Positions 16,719 through 26,056 are shown, counted from the first letter of the stretch. The stretch: DNA of 38,191 bases from a virus (IMGVR_UViG_2778261450_000003:1-38191); one strand, 5' to 3'. The notes: a model not told the origin generated them from the letters alone. Numbers and translations: made by a program.

Positions 16719-17441
16719 TTATCTCGTGCCGCCGTAATGCAGGCTGCGCAGCTGCGCTTCCAGAATGCGGGTAAACTCTTCGCCGCTGGCACCGAGGAAT
16801 GCCCTGGCCGGAATGGTGATTTCCCAGGTGTTCCTTGCTTCTTTTCCTTTAAGGATGTTGATCACCGTACCTGCCTGTAGTCTGCTCATGTTTTCCATAA
16901 TCCATTTCAGGGATGGTTTCCGGTAATTTCTGCGGCCAGTTTTTTTGTTGACCGCTCCGGTTGGGGCGCGGAACCCCAGCGAAAGTAAGCGGTGAGCCTG
17001 CCGTCGCGTGGCTGGTTGTTCGCGCATGGTTTCCATTACGCCGGCACTCCACTTTCTGTTTCCTCTGTGGGTGATACGGGCTCCATTCTGCTGTATCTGA
17101 GCAACTGCCCCTGCGTGTGTGCGGGTGGCGTAATCCCCTCTTTTGAAATAGATGCGAACCGTTTTGCCGTTATTGTCAGCTCTGATGGCCATCAGTTTCG
17201 GCAGTCCCAGCAGCATTTTGTTTTTATGCCTGCCGCTGGCTTTATCCGGCCTTTTTCGTGGTGCCCATGCGGCCCCTTCCGGCGTTCGCTGTGATTTCAC
17301 ATTGCGCTTTGCTGCGGGGATCAAACCGTATTTCGCAATACGAACCAGCAGTTTTCTGGCCTTCGCCGGTGATAACTCAGCTTCGTTAATGGCGCGCAGC
17401 ACATCCCTGAGATGTGGCTGATTAAGGTTAAAATGAATCAT
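16719..17441 (-). CDS. phage virion morphogenesis / tail completion protein (gpS-like)
   Basis: 240 aa from the ATG at 17441, overlapping the upstream stop (ATGA); basic protein between R-like and sheath genes. Confidence 0.5.
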   Translation of the reverse strand: MIHFNLNQPHLRDVLRAINEAELSPAKARKLLVRIAKYGLIPAAKRNVKSQRTPEGAAWAPRKRPDKASGRHKNKMLLGLPKLMAIRADNNGKTVRIYFKRGDYATRTHAGAVAQIQQNGARITHRGNRKWSAGVMETMREQPATRRQAHRLLSLGFRAPTGAVNKKTGRRNYRKPSLKWIMENMSRLQAGTVINILKGKEARNTWEITIPARAFLGASGEEFTRILEAQLRSLHYGGTR

Positions 17442-17911
17442 GGCGTTACTTGGCAATGAAGCTGATGTGCCTGAGCCACCCAGATTTCAGGCTTTTCCAG
17501 CTGGTAACGTTTCCCGCCTCTGGGGATGGGGCCGTTTTCATCCTCAACTAGGGTGATGGGATCAACCAGCGGCAGACTGATTTCCAGCCATGCCACTTCA
17601 TTTTCATCATCCACTTCGACGTCAACGGCTGGCGCATCCGGTGCCAGGCGCTGGCGCAGGTCGCCGCCGTTGTCTGCCAGCCAGGCTTCAACCAGAGAAA
17701 ACACCAAATCTGGATTGAGCTGACGATAGGGCCATGCGTCCCATCGCAGAAAAGCCGTATATTTTCGGACCTGCGTACATAACTGCCCGTGCCCCAGCGA
17801 CTTCGTAAACGGAACGAGCGTGATGTCATCCATGTCACTGGTGAACGGAATGCGTGCGCGTGCCGGCAGATTGTTTTCAATGAATGCCGTCAGGCTGGCG
17901 AGTTGCGTCAT
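17438..17911 (-). CDS. tail completion protein (gpR-like, positional)
   Basis: 157-aa ORF with AAGGAA RBS directly after the head completion gene. Confidence 0.4.
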   Translation of the reverse strand: MTQLASLTAFIENNLPARARIPFTSDMDDITLVPFTKSLGHGQLCTQVRKYTAFLRWDAWPYRQLNPDLVFSLVEAWLADNGGDLRQRLAPDAPAVDVEVDDENEVAWLEISLPLVDPITLVEDENGPIPRGGKRYQLEKPEIWVAQAHQLHCQVTP

Positions 17912-17920
17912 ACCATTTCC

Positions 17921-18415
17921 TTAATCAATCAGCGCGATGGATGCACGCGGTCGGCCCAGCAGCGCCCGCACCGCCATGGCTGCTTCAGCCAGCAACGTCC
18001 GGCGGCTCTCGCTGGCTTCTGTTGATGACTGCGCCTCGCGCCGCCCCACGCTGGCAGATTCCGGCAAAAGATCGGCCTTTGCGCGGGCATACACAGCCTT
18101 GGTGTACAGTACTGTAATGTGGTTCTGCATCCGTTGAGGCTGTGCATCCGTGTTGCGCGGCTCTGGTTGCAACACTGTGTAACCCGGAATATCAGTGGCC
18201 CGGATGTAGCCCTGTTCCTGCCAGTATTCACGGCGTGCAGCCAGTTCAGTGTTAATCTCTGTTACCGCGCAAAGCAGCGCCGTCAGCACCGTTTCGTGTG
18301 ACGTGACGGCGGGGATGCTGCGGCTCTTTTCAAAATCGCCGGCATCAATATCCGGCCAGAATCCATCGCTCTGAATAATGGCCTGTTGATAGTGAATGCT
18401 TTTCCCGTCAAACAT
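17921..18415 (-). CDS. head completion/stabilisation protein (P2 gpL-like)
   Basis: 164 aa from the internal ATG at 18415; FWPDIDAGDF region resembles the gpL FWP motif; follows the small terminase gene. Confidence 0.6.
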   Translation of the reverse strand: MFDGKSIHYQQAIIQSDGFWPDIDAGDFEKSRSIPAVTSHETVLTALLCAVTEINTELAARREYWQEQGYIRATDIPGYTVLQPEPRNTDAQPQRMQNHITVLYTKAVYARAKADLLPESASVGRREAQSSTEASESRRTLLAEAAMAVRALLGRPRASIALID

Positions 18416-18513
18416 GCTCACTCCGGGGAAAGGCGGGCTGACCGGTTTCCGCAGTGTGCTGATGGCTTTTGCCGGCACACCTCCACCGCGCCCGCCCGGT
18501 TGTTGGGAGTCGT

Positions 18514-19224
18514 TTACGTGCCCTGCAACGCGCGCAGTCTTGCGGCAATGCGCTGGCGCAGGGTTTTCACCTGAATTTTGGGATGCAGCCAGGCAGCCCG
18601 TTCCAGGCACTGGTCGGCCTGTTGCAGTCTCTCCGGATCGTTAATTGCACTGGCCAGCGGTTTACCGTCATCGCCGCGCAGCAGCAGGACGCCTGCAAAG
18701 CGCCAGTAGCGGGCAGCAAGGCGTTCATTCACGCGCCATTTGTCACGGATTTTTTCAAACACCTGCTGAAAATATGGCGCGATACTGTTCCCGCGTTCAG
18801 CTTCGGTTTCTGCCCATTCAAGAATGAAATGGGCCACAAACGTTGGCAGCTCGCTTTTGAAGTTCTCCGGCGTCTTTTGCCCCTGCTCAATGGCAATGTC
18901 AGCCCACCGCAGCGCCATCTCAAACTGCCCGGTATCGAACAGCCAGATGATGCAGTACACCAGAATGGGATTCTGATAGACGCGTTCCCCCTCCAGATAA
19001 GCCTGTGCGTGTGGCAGCCAGCGGGGCAGCAGCGTGTTCCGTTTGAATTCCAGCTTGTCAGACAGCAGCTCCATGTTGTGCAGTTGTCTGATGTCGTTAT
19101 TCAGTGCCAGCAGCTTAATGTGCTGGCTCTCTGTACTGACGGCGCTCCCGTCCGTTCTGGTCATGAGTGCTGCACGGCGCTCATCCATCTGTCGGGCACG
19201 TTGTCGCTGCATTGGCGTTGGCAT
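18514..19224 (-). CDS. terminase small (endonuclease) subunit, P2 gpM-like
   Basis: 236-aa ORF after the capsid gene; LLPRWLPHA region resembles the LPFWLPW segment remembered for gpM. Confidence 0.65.
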   Translation of the reverse strand: MPTPMQRQRARQMDERRAALMTRTDGSAVSTESQHIKLLALNNDIRQLHNMELLSDKLEFKRNTLLPRWLPHAQAYLEGERVYQNPILVYCIIWLFDTGQFEMALRWADIAIEQGQKTPENFKSELPTFVAHFILEWAETEAERGNSIAPYFQQVFEKIRDKWRVNERLAARYWRFAGVLLLRGDDGKPLASAINDPERLQQADQCLERAAWLHPKIQVKTLRQRIAARLRALQGT

Positions 19225-19241
19225 ACCGCGCGCTCCGTTTA

Positions 19242-20255
19242 TCAGGCGATGGTTACCGCAGACTCATCCACGGCAGCATATAAATCCGGATCGCCCAGGG
19301 CGTAACCCTCATAACGCCAGTATGAGTTTTCGAACTGTTTGCGATCGCCCACATCTTCTGCCTTACGACGGCGGGACCCTTTCAGCGTCAGGATCTGCAG
19401 ATTTGGCAGCATGGTCACTACCATACGCTTGCCCGGCATAAACGGCGGAATGATGGCCTTGCGGCCTGCGATGTTCTTCGTCAGCAGCTGTGCGGCCACT
19501 TTTTCGGTAGGCTTGTCCTCTTTGTTGTAGAGGCGCAGTTCTTCAGCAGCCACAAGGTCTGCGCCAACCAGCACGGTAAGGCGAGGATCGTTGTGATACT
19601 GCGCCGGGATGTAAGTGCGGATCAGGTCTGAGGCCATAGCGTCAAGACCGACATAATCACCGCCTTCGCCCAGGGTAACGGCGTCCGTCAGAATACGGGA
19701 GGTATTGCCGGGCTGTTCTCCCCATTTTCTGGCGATTTCATGCCATCCGATGTTGACGTCTTCACCGTTCGGATTACTTTCAGGATCGGAGTTTTCTGCG
19801 GCTGTTTTACCGTTAAAGCCAATGCGCAGCATATCCAGCGCAAAGTTGGTGACGGCGGCGGAGTTCATCAGATTGAAAAATTCCTGCGGGCTGCCGGCAT
19901 TCGCCCAGATGGCGAGTTGTTCCCAGGTGATCACACAGCAGGAATCAGTTTCAACGAGTTTGAATTCGTTGCCTTTGATGCCCGAACCTTTGGCGAAACG
20001 ACCACTTTTCACGCGACCAGTGCGCAGCGTGGATTCGCCCACGGTGACGACCTGCCCCTGCGGGTGCGGAACATCCATGCAGGTGGTGAAATTCAGAAAC
20101 TCCGTGCTTTCCAGCAGGGCTTTACGCAGAGCAATACTGCGTGGCTCGGTCAGCGAAAAGAAACGATCGCTTGATTTCCCGCAGTCACTGAATGTTTTTT
20201 GCAGTTCGCTGATGTACTGATTAACCAGCTTTTGTGCTTCTGGTGTCATGTTCAT
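19242..20255 (-). CDS. major capsid protein, P2 gpN-like
   Basis: 337-aa ORF with GGAGAG RBS directly after the scaffold gene; O-N-M-L order as in P2. Confidence 0.75.
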   Translation of the reverse strand: MNMTPEAQKLVNQYISELQKTFSDCGKSSDRFFSLTEPRSIALRKALLESTEFLNFTTCMDVPHPQGQVVTVGESTLRTGRVKSGRFAKGSGIKGNEFKLVETDSCCVITWEQLAIWANAGSPQEFFNLMNSAAVTNFALDMLRIGFNGKTAAENSDPESNPNGEDVNIGWHEIARKWGEQPGNTSRILTDAVTLGEGGDYVGLDAMASDLIRTYIPAQYHNDPRLTVLVGADLVAAEELRLYNKEDKPTEKVAAQLLTKNIAGRKAIIPPFMPGKRMVVTMLPNLQILTLKGSRRRKAEDVGDRKQFENSYWRYEGYALGDPDLYAAVDESAVTIA

Positions 20256-20269
20256 TGCGTTCTCTCCGG

Positions 20270-21160
20270 TTACACCAGGTTAAAAGTTTCGCCACCGGCC
20301 GGATTGTTGCCCGGCAGCTTCGTGGCGTCCTTGCTGAGTTCAGCAAATGCGGTTTCCATACTGGTGACTTTCTCCGCGATGGCGTTCACCGTGGAGAACA
20401 GCTTTTCGCCCTGCTCGGTGGTCAGCGTGAAGGTTTTGTCGTCTTTGTTGTTCTGTTCTGCGTTGTCCTGCCCCTGATCGCCGGTGCTGCCTTCCGGCTT
20501 GTTATCACCGGTATCTTTCGGGGCATCCTTCGCGCTGAACTGCGCGACGTTTTCTTCCAGTTTGCCCAAGCGTTCGCCGGTTTTGTTGATGGCGTCCATC
20601 AACTGACCGAACTGTTTTTCGTTCATATCGTTTTCCTGTTTGTTGCGTCCCACGGAGAAAAGGCCGGAAAAGAAACTGCGTTTGGCCTGCTCGTCGTCAG
20701 ACTGCAGCGTGAAATTCAGTTCTTCTGCATTCCCCATGTGAATGGAGTCTCCCTGCGAAAATTGCAGGCGGGTGGTGTTGATGCTGGCCGGAGTGTCAGT
20801 TACAGCGATGCCGGATACAAAGAATTTGCCTGTTCCCAGGTAGTTTTCCTTTACCTCTATGGAGGTGAAAAGTTTTTGCCCGGCCTCGTTGGCTTCGGTC
20901 AGAAAGCGGTTGGGTATCAGGCGGGCTTTCAGTTGCACTTTATCACCGGCTTTTTCTGCCTTCAGTGCATCAACAAGACCATAGTTATTGGTGAAAGCAC
21001 GCCAGCCGGCGCTGGCATGAAACGGCCAGAGCATGGCAGTGTGTTCGTCCGGGTTATAAACCTCGGCGGCATCCGTCAGCCACTTTGGATCAATTTCCCG
21101 ACCGTCGATGGTGGGGCCTGAAGTGGCTACGACCACCCAGTCTGTTTTCAGTTTCGACAT
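20270..21160 (-). CDS. capsid scaffolding protein, P2 gpO-like
   Basis: 296-aa ORF with an acidic, coiled-coil-like C-terminal half; first gene of the - strand late operon, divergent from the terminase. Confidence 0.75.
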   Translation of the reverse strand: MSKLKTDWVVVATSGPTIDGREIDPKWLTDAAEVYNPDEHTAMLWPFHASAGWRAFTNNYGLVDALKAEKAGDKVQLKARLIPNRFLTEANEAGQKLFTSIEVKENYLGTGKFFVSGIAVTDTPASINTTRLQFSQGDSIHMGNAEELNFTLQSDDEQAKRSFFSGLFSVGRNKQENDMNEKQFGQLMDAINKTGERLGKLEENVAQFSAKDAPKDTGDNKPEGSTGDQGQDNAEQNNKDDKTFTLTTEQGEKLFSTVNAIAEKVTSMETAFAELSKDATKLPGNNPAGGETFNLV

Positions 21161-21242
21161 CTGAATTAACCCGCTGATAAAAATTAACTGAGCGTTATTT
21201 AAGTGGGAAATAAAAAAACCGTCACCTGATTAATTTCCGGTG

Positions 21243-21270
21243 TTTTCGGATATACGCATATATCCGAAAA
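21243..21270. promoter_or_regulatory. inverted repeat (12-bp arms TTTTCGGATATA / TATATCCGAAAA, 4-bp spacer) in the divergent late promoter region
   Basis: Perfect 12-bp arms between the scaffold and terminase start codons; a further CCGAAA copy follows. Confidence 0.4.
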
Positions 21271-21354
21271 ATACCGAAACGCGATATTCGTTTTTAAAAA
21301 GGCCTTTACTGAAAATGCATAAATTAAAATGGCATCAGCAGAGATTGATTATTT

Positions 21355-23142
21355 ATGGCGTACTCTGATGAAGTGATTGCTGCAGCAAAATCACTCTATC
21401 TGAAAAGGCACACCCCAAAAGAAATACAAAAGAAGCTCGGACTGAACAGCCCGCGAATTGTTTATTACTGGGCGACAAAGTTTGAGTGGTACACACAGCT
21501 TAATACTGAGGGCGTGGAGGATGTCATCGCCCGGCGTCTCGCTGTACTGGCGGAGCGTGACCATAAAACCCAGGAAGAGCACGATGAACTCGATCGCCTG
21601 ATTGGCCACCACGTCAAACTGATGTCGGTCAGGAACAAGCACACAGAACGAATGGCCGAGATAGAACGAATGGGGGCTGATATTCCCCGGTCTGGCCGTT
21701 ATGGAAAAGAAGAGCGCGGAGAAAAAGACGCGGATAAGAAAGAGCGTCGTCGTAAAGCTAATGATGTGTCAGGGCTGACAGCAGAGAGTTTTGAGCCGTT
21801 TACCAAAAAACTGTTCGCTTATCAGTTGCATCTGCGTGAAAACAAATTCCGTCGTGTACGCAACCTGCTTAAATCGCGCCAGATTGGGGCGACGTATTAC
21901 TTCGCGTTTGAGGCGTTCGAAGATGCGGTATTAACCGGCGACACACAGATATTTTTATCGGCATCAAAACGTCAGGCCGAAGTGTTCCGCACCTATATCG
22001 TTAAGATTGCACAGACGGAATTTGGCATTCCCATTAAAGGCAACCCGGTTAAGTTAAGTAATCTGGCTGAACTGTATTTTCTGGCGACCAACAGTAACAC
22101 GGCGCAGTCAAACAGCGGCCACCTGTACATTGACGAATATCTGTGGATCCCCGGCTTTCGTCGCCTCAATGAAGTGGCGTCCGGTATGGCCACCCACTCG
22201 CACTGGCGCATTACCTACTTCTCCACGCCGTCAACCAAAACCCATCAGGGCTATCCGTTCTGGTCTGGCGATGAATGGCGCAAAGGCGATCCGAAACGAA
22301 AAGGGGTTGAGTTTCCGTCCTTTGATGAGCTGCGCGATGGCGGGCGCGAATGCCCGGATGGCCAGTGGCGCTATGTGGTGACAATGGAAGATGCCATTGC
22401 CGGCGGCTTTAACCTTGCTGACATCAACGAACTGCGCGAGCGGTACAACGAAACAGCCTTCAATATGCTGTTTATGTGCGTGTTTGTGGATGACAAAGAG
22501 AGCGTCTTTAAATTCGATGACCTCGTGCGCTGTGGCGTTGATATCAGTACGTGGGAGGATTTTCACCCGGAAGATGCCATGCCATTTGGAAACCGTGAAG
22601 TGTGGGGCGGCTTTGACCCTGCGCGCTCCGGCGATAACGCCACGTTTGTGGTGCTGGCACCACCGCTGGTTGCGGCAGAACGATTCCGCGTGCTGGAAAA
22701 ACACCACTGGCGGAGTATGTCATTCCAGTTTATGGCAGAGCGTATCCGCAGCATTAAGGCGCGCTATAACATGACGTTTATCGGCATTGATGTTACCGGG
22801 CTTGGCTATGGTGTCTTTGAGCTGGTTCAGGGATTTGCCCGCCGTGAAACAGTGGCCATTCATTACAGTGTTGAATCCAAAAACCGCCTGGTGATGAAGA
22901 TGCTGGATCTGATTTACGCCAACCGTATTGAGTGGGATGAGGAAGCCACAGATATTCCGGCATCATTTCTGGCCATCCGTCAGGAATCCACCAACAGTGG
23001 CAATAAAGTTACTTTTACCGCTGAACGTAGCGAAGAAACCGGGCACGCTGACATCTTCTTTGCCATCGCCCATGCAGCAAGTAACGAACCCCTGAACTAT
23101 AAGCACAAGCGCAAATCAACATGGATCCTGCCAGATGAGTAA
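21355..23142 (+). CDS. terminase large (ATPase) subunit, P2 gpP-like
   Basis: 595-aa ORF divergent from the capsid operon and overlapping the portal gene start. Confidence 0.8.
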   Translation: MAYSDEVIAAAKSLYLKRHTPKEIQKKLGLNSPRIVYYWATKFEWYTQLNTEGVEDVIARRLAVLAERDHKTQEEHDELDRLIGHHVKLMSVRNKHTERMAEIERMGADIPRSGRYGKEERGEKDADKKERRRKANDVSGLTAESFEPFTKKLFAYQLHLRENKFRRVRNLLKSRQIGATYYFAFEAFEDAVLTGDTQIFLSASKRQAEVFRTYIVKIAQTEFGIPIKGNPVKLSNLAELYFLATNSNTAQSNSGHLYIDEYLWIPGFRRLNEVASGMATHSHWRITYFSTPSTKTHQGYPFWSGDEWRKGDPKRKGVEFPSFDELRDGGRECPDGQWRYVVTMEDAIAGGFNLADINELRERYNETAFNMLFMCVFVDDKESVFKFDDLVRCGVDISTWEDFHPEDAMPFGNREVWGGFDPARSGDNATFVVLAPPLVAAERFRVLEKHHWRSMSFQFMAERIRSIKARYNMTFIGIDVTGLGYGVFELVQGFARRETVAIHYSVESKNRLVMKMLDLIYANRIEWDEEATDIPASFLAIRQESTNSGNKVTFTAERSEETGHADIFFAIAHAASNEPLNYKHKRKSTWILPDE

Positions 23143-24169
23143 AAAGAAGAAATATTCTGTGACACACGATGCCGGAGCAAAAAAAACGGCCGGCAAAATG
23201 ACGTTTATTGAATTTGGTGACCCCGAACCGGTTGCTGCATGGGGCTGTTATTACGGCTCGCTGTGGGATGGTTATAACGGCTGGTACACGCCGCCCATTG
23301 AGCGCATGGATCTCGCCATGTTGTCCAATATCGCGCCGTATCACGGCGCAGTATTGCGTGCGCGCGTCAATATGATTATGCAGGGTTTTCGGGGCGGTGG
23401 GGGTATGACACACGCCGCCATGGCGGCAGCAGTGACCAATCTGCTGATATTCGGGGATATGGGGCTGCTTAAAGTACGTAACGGCTTCGGTCGGGTGGTG
23501 CGTCTGCATACGTTGCCTTCTCTGTATCTGCGGCGTAACAACGAGGGAGGCACGGTGATTGTGCAGGCGGCACTGGAAGATCTCGTGTATCCGCCAGGCG
23601 AAGTGGTGTTCGTGGCCATTTATGACCCGCAACAGCAGGTTTACGGTGTCCCGGATTATATCCACGGGATGGAATCCGCCATGCTGAATGTGGATGCCAC
23701 CCGCTTTCGCCGCAAGTATTACAAGAACGGCGCACACCTCGGTTATATCCTGTATTCCACTGACCCGGATATGACTCCCGAGCTCGAGGCGGAATTCCGT
23801 AAAAAGATAGAGGGGTCAAAAGGGGCGGGCAATTTTAAATCCATGTTCATCAATATACCGGGCGGAGACAAAGAAGGGGTTAAGGTGATTCCTATCGGGG
23901 ATTCAGGTACAAAAGATGAGTTCCTGAATATAAAAACCATCAGTGCTCAGGATCAGCTCGTGGCGCACCGTTTTCCACCCGGACTTGCCGGCATCATTCC
24001 CGCAAATACGGCCGGGCTTGGCGACCCACTTAAATCCCGCGAGGCATATTACAGGGATGAGGTTATTCCGATGCGCCGTCTGATTATGGAGGGGATCAAC
24101 AGTGACCCGGATATCAGGCGACTGGGGGAGGTGAAATTTATTCTTGAATTTAACGAATCCACGGAGTGA
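23135..24169 (+). CDS. portal (capsid vertex) protein, P2 gpQ-like
   Basis: 344-aa ORF, the length of P2 gpQ; overlaps the terminase 3' end by 8 nt. Confidence 0.8.
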   Translation: MSKKKKYSVTHDAGAKKTAGKMTFIEFGDPEPVAAWGCYYGSLWDGYNGWYTPPIERMDLAMLSNIAPYHGAVLRARVNMIMQGFRGGGGMTHAAMAAAVTNLLIFGDMGLLKVRNGFGRVVRLHTLPSLYLRRNNEGGTVIVQAALEDLVYPPGEVVFVAIYDPQQQVYGVPDYIHGMESAMLNVDATRFRRKYYKNGAHLGYILYSTDPDMTPELEAEFRKKIEGSKGAGNFKSMFINIPGGDKEGVKVIPIGDSGTKDEFLNIKTISAQDQLVAHRFPPGLAGIIPANTAGLGDPLKSREAYYRDEVIPMRRLIMEGINSDPDIRRLGEVKFILEFNESTE

Positions 24170-24234
24170 TGTGCGGTATGGGGAAAGAGCGGGTAAAATC
24201 GGCGGCAGTAAAACGCTGTTCCGGGAGGTGGAAA

Positions 24235-24492
24235 ATGCGCAGACAGAAAGCGCGATGTCATTGCTGCGGTGCACATGCAGTGATTGAGAAAACAGCCTGG
24301 AAAACCGATCAGTTTGCTGATGTGTATTACCGTTGCACCCGTCTCGAGTGCGGACATACCTGGGTGATGAATCTGACCTACTCGCACACACTGGTGCCCA
24401 GCGGGCTGGATAACGGTGTGTTAAAGCTGTTGATTGAACGGATGCGCCCGGAAGAAAAACAAATGGCGCTGGAATTGTTGCAAGCGGGTTAG
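24235..24492 (+). CDS. Ogr/Delta-family zinc-finger late-gene transcriptional activator
   Basis: 85 aa from the internal ATG at 24235 with GGGAGGTG RBS; C-x-CC ... C-x4-C pattern (CHCCGAHA ... CTRLEC) matching the Ogr Cys4 finger; the track's longer ORF overlaps the portal gene. Confidence 0.65.
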   Translation: MRRQKARCHCCGAHAVIEKTAWKTDQFADVYYRCTRLECGHTWVMNLTYSHTLVPSGLDNGVLKLLIERMRPEEKQMALELLQAG

Positions 24493-24735
24493 TGTTTTTT
24501 TTGGGGGGTAAGGTAGCGCCAACCTCTCAGCTGGCGTGGTTGGAGTCCCAGTCTAACGACGAAGTGACCAACTAGGCGGTATCAACTTTTTTTGGGAGCC
24601 GCCTCTGAATCCCCAAAATATTCAATACAGTCTGCAAGTGAAAAGTAACGTTTAATGAACTTAAATTCAACGATAACCGTATTTGCGATATGGGTTCACC
24701 TTGACTACAGCGACTGACGCGCTTCGCTTGTCCAA

Positions 24736-24780
24736 CCCGGAACGGGCGCACAAAGAATTTGCGCACCCGTTCCGGGTTTC
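24736..24780. terminator. strong bidirectional intrinsic terminator
   Basis: 11-bp GC-rich stem CCCGGAACGGG / CCCGTTCCGGG with a short loop, followed by TTT on the + strand; lies between the convergent ogr and the 95-aa gene. Confidence 0.6.
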
Positions 24781-24796
24781 ATTCCCTGATATTCAG

Positions 24797-25084
24797 TCAG
24801 CGTGGATAAATTAACTTGAATTTGAGGAAGTTTTGTTTAATCCAGTCTTTAACATTTTCCCTTCCCTGAATACCTGATGGTAAGTGTTCGTGAATCATCC
24901 ATTCAACAATGAGTTTTTCTTTCAGGGTGTATGCCTTAAAGGAATTAAGCATATTTAGTACTTCATAACCTTCTTTGCGGCTAAACCGATGGCGGTCAGC
25001 AGCGGTTTTCGTGGGATCATCTCCTGGCAAAGCAGTCCAACTGTAATCGTCATAAAATAAATCGCTTCTTTTGATATCGGTCAT
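24797..25084 (-). CDS. hypothetical protein, second gene of a two-gene accessory cassette (AT-rich)
   Basis: 95-aa ORF with AAAGGA RBS; markedly AT-rich relative to the prophage; followed by the strong terminator; no family recognised. Confidence 0.5.
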   Translation of the reverse strand: MTDIKRSDLFYDDYSWTALPGDDPTKTAADRHRFSRKEGYEVLNMLNSFKAYTLKEKLIVEWMIHEHLPSGIQGRENVKDWIKQNFLKFKLIYPR

Positions 25085-25149
25085 TTGATTATCCTTTCAG
25101 AAGAACCACCTCGCCAACCATTGTTGAGGTGGTGAAAAAGCAAAAATCG

Positions 25150-25428
25150 TTACGCAGCTTTGAGCAGAGCGCTGCTCATTGCATAGTCGTACCCAAGCAT
25201 GTATGCCTCAAAGGCATCTTTATGTCTGACTGTGCCAGCCTGGCTATATGGAATATTTGCCAGGAAGGAATCATCTTTTGCTTTAGGAATACCGATCATT
25301 GCATGAAGTACACCAAGCTCGTATGCGCAGGCTGCGCAGCGGTGGCGGCCTGTTTGCTCTTGGTTATCGGGAAGGTGTGAGTATTGGGGGTTGTATCGGT
25401 GGGAATTTTTACAAATCTTTATACCCAT
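25150..25428 (-). CDS. hypothetical protein, first gene of the two-gene accessory cassette
   Basis: 92-aa ORF with a CAAC motif; preceded by a ~170-nt structured leader. Confidence 0.5.
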   Translation of the reverse strand: MGIKICKNSHRYNPQYSHLPDNQEQTGRHRCAACAYELGVLHAMIGIPKAKDDSFLANIPYSQAGTVRHKDAFEAYMLGYDYAMSSALLKAA

Positions 25429-25599
25429 ATTTGATTTACCTCAATAAAATGAGGTGTTCACCTTTACATGGGCACACACAGAAAATACGATTCTGGCGAG
25501 CTCAAGAGGTAGATGACACCTCGTTTTCTTTGGCGCCCCGATAGTTACCGCTATTGGGGCGTTTTCCTATGCATGACACACAAACAAAGTGGTCATATC

Positions 25600-25640
25600 G
25601 TGATCGATCCTACAAAATCCCACACAGCTGTCAAGGGTAT
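25600..25640 (-). promoter_or_regulatory. candidate sigma70 promoter (TTGACA-N16-TAGGAT) for the two-gene cassette
   Basis: Perfect -35 hexamer on the - strand at 25629-25634 with a TAGGAT -10-like hexamer 16 bp downstream; nested palindromes lie just upstream at 25651-25693. Confidence 0.3.
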
Positions 25641-25737
25641 TGATCGTTTTAATCGATAGATAAATCAATATCTATCTGTTTAACAGATCGATTATTAAGG
25701 TAAGCATGGGGGCACCCCATAAAAGGTGTTTTATAGG

Positions 25738-26052
25738 TTATTCTGGAAAAAACGCCTGAATATTCTTTTTCACCTGCTGCATAGGGTGGGCGCTGGCTGT
25801 TGCTGGTTGCGCCTGTTTTTCAGGCTGCACTGGCAGCGATGTCATCCGTATTTCGTCTTCTGACCATTCTGCCAGCGAATACGCCAGTGCGGGGGCACGT
25901 TTTATGAGTGCCAGTCCAGCCAGAAAGGCCGCGCGTTGTGCGCGGCTGCGTTCCGAGGCTGGCAGGCTGTCGAGGTAATTGCACGCCTCCTGTTCACTCT
26001 TGACGGCGGCTGGCTTCAGATAGAAACTTATCCGTCTGGTTGGTGACGTCAT
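25738..26052 (-). CDS. parR: ParR/StbB-like centromere-binding partition protein
   Basis: 104 aa from the ATG at 26052 with AAGGAG RBS, 4 nt after the parM stop; DSLPASERSRAQRAAFLAGLAL closely resembles the R1 ParR region DSIPQGERSRLNRAALTAGLAL (from memory). Confidence 0.7.
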   Translation of the reverse strand: MTSPTRRISFYLKPAAVKSEQEACNYLDSLPASERSRAQRAAFLAGLALIKRAPALAYSLAEWSEDEIRMTSLPVQPEKQAQPATASAHPMQQVKKNIQAFFPE

Positions 26053-26056
26053 TGGT

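Noticed and set aside
24166-24492. Longer 108-aa version of the Ogr-like ORF
   Set aside because: The first 23 codons overlap the portal stop with no RBS, whereas the internal ATG at 24235 has a GGGAGGTG RBS and gives an Ogr-sized zinc-finger protein.
24500-24570. tRNA-like impression from GGTTGGAGTCCCAG downstream of the Ogr-like gene
   Set aside because: No acceptor stem, D-arm or anticodon arm could be folded around the T-loop-like motif; more likely part of the cos or terminator region.
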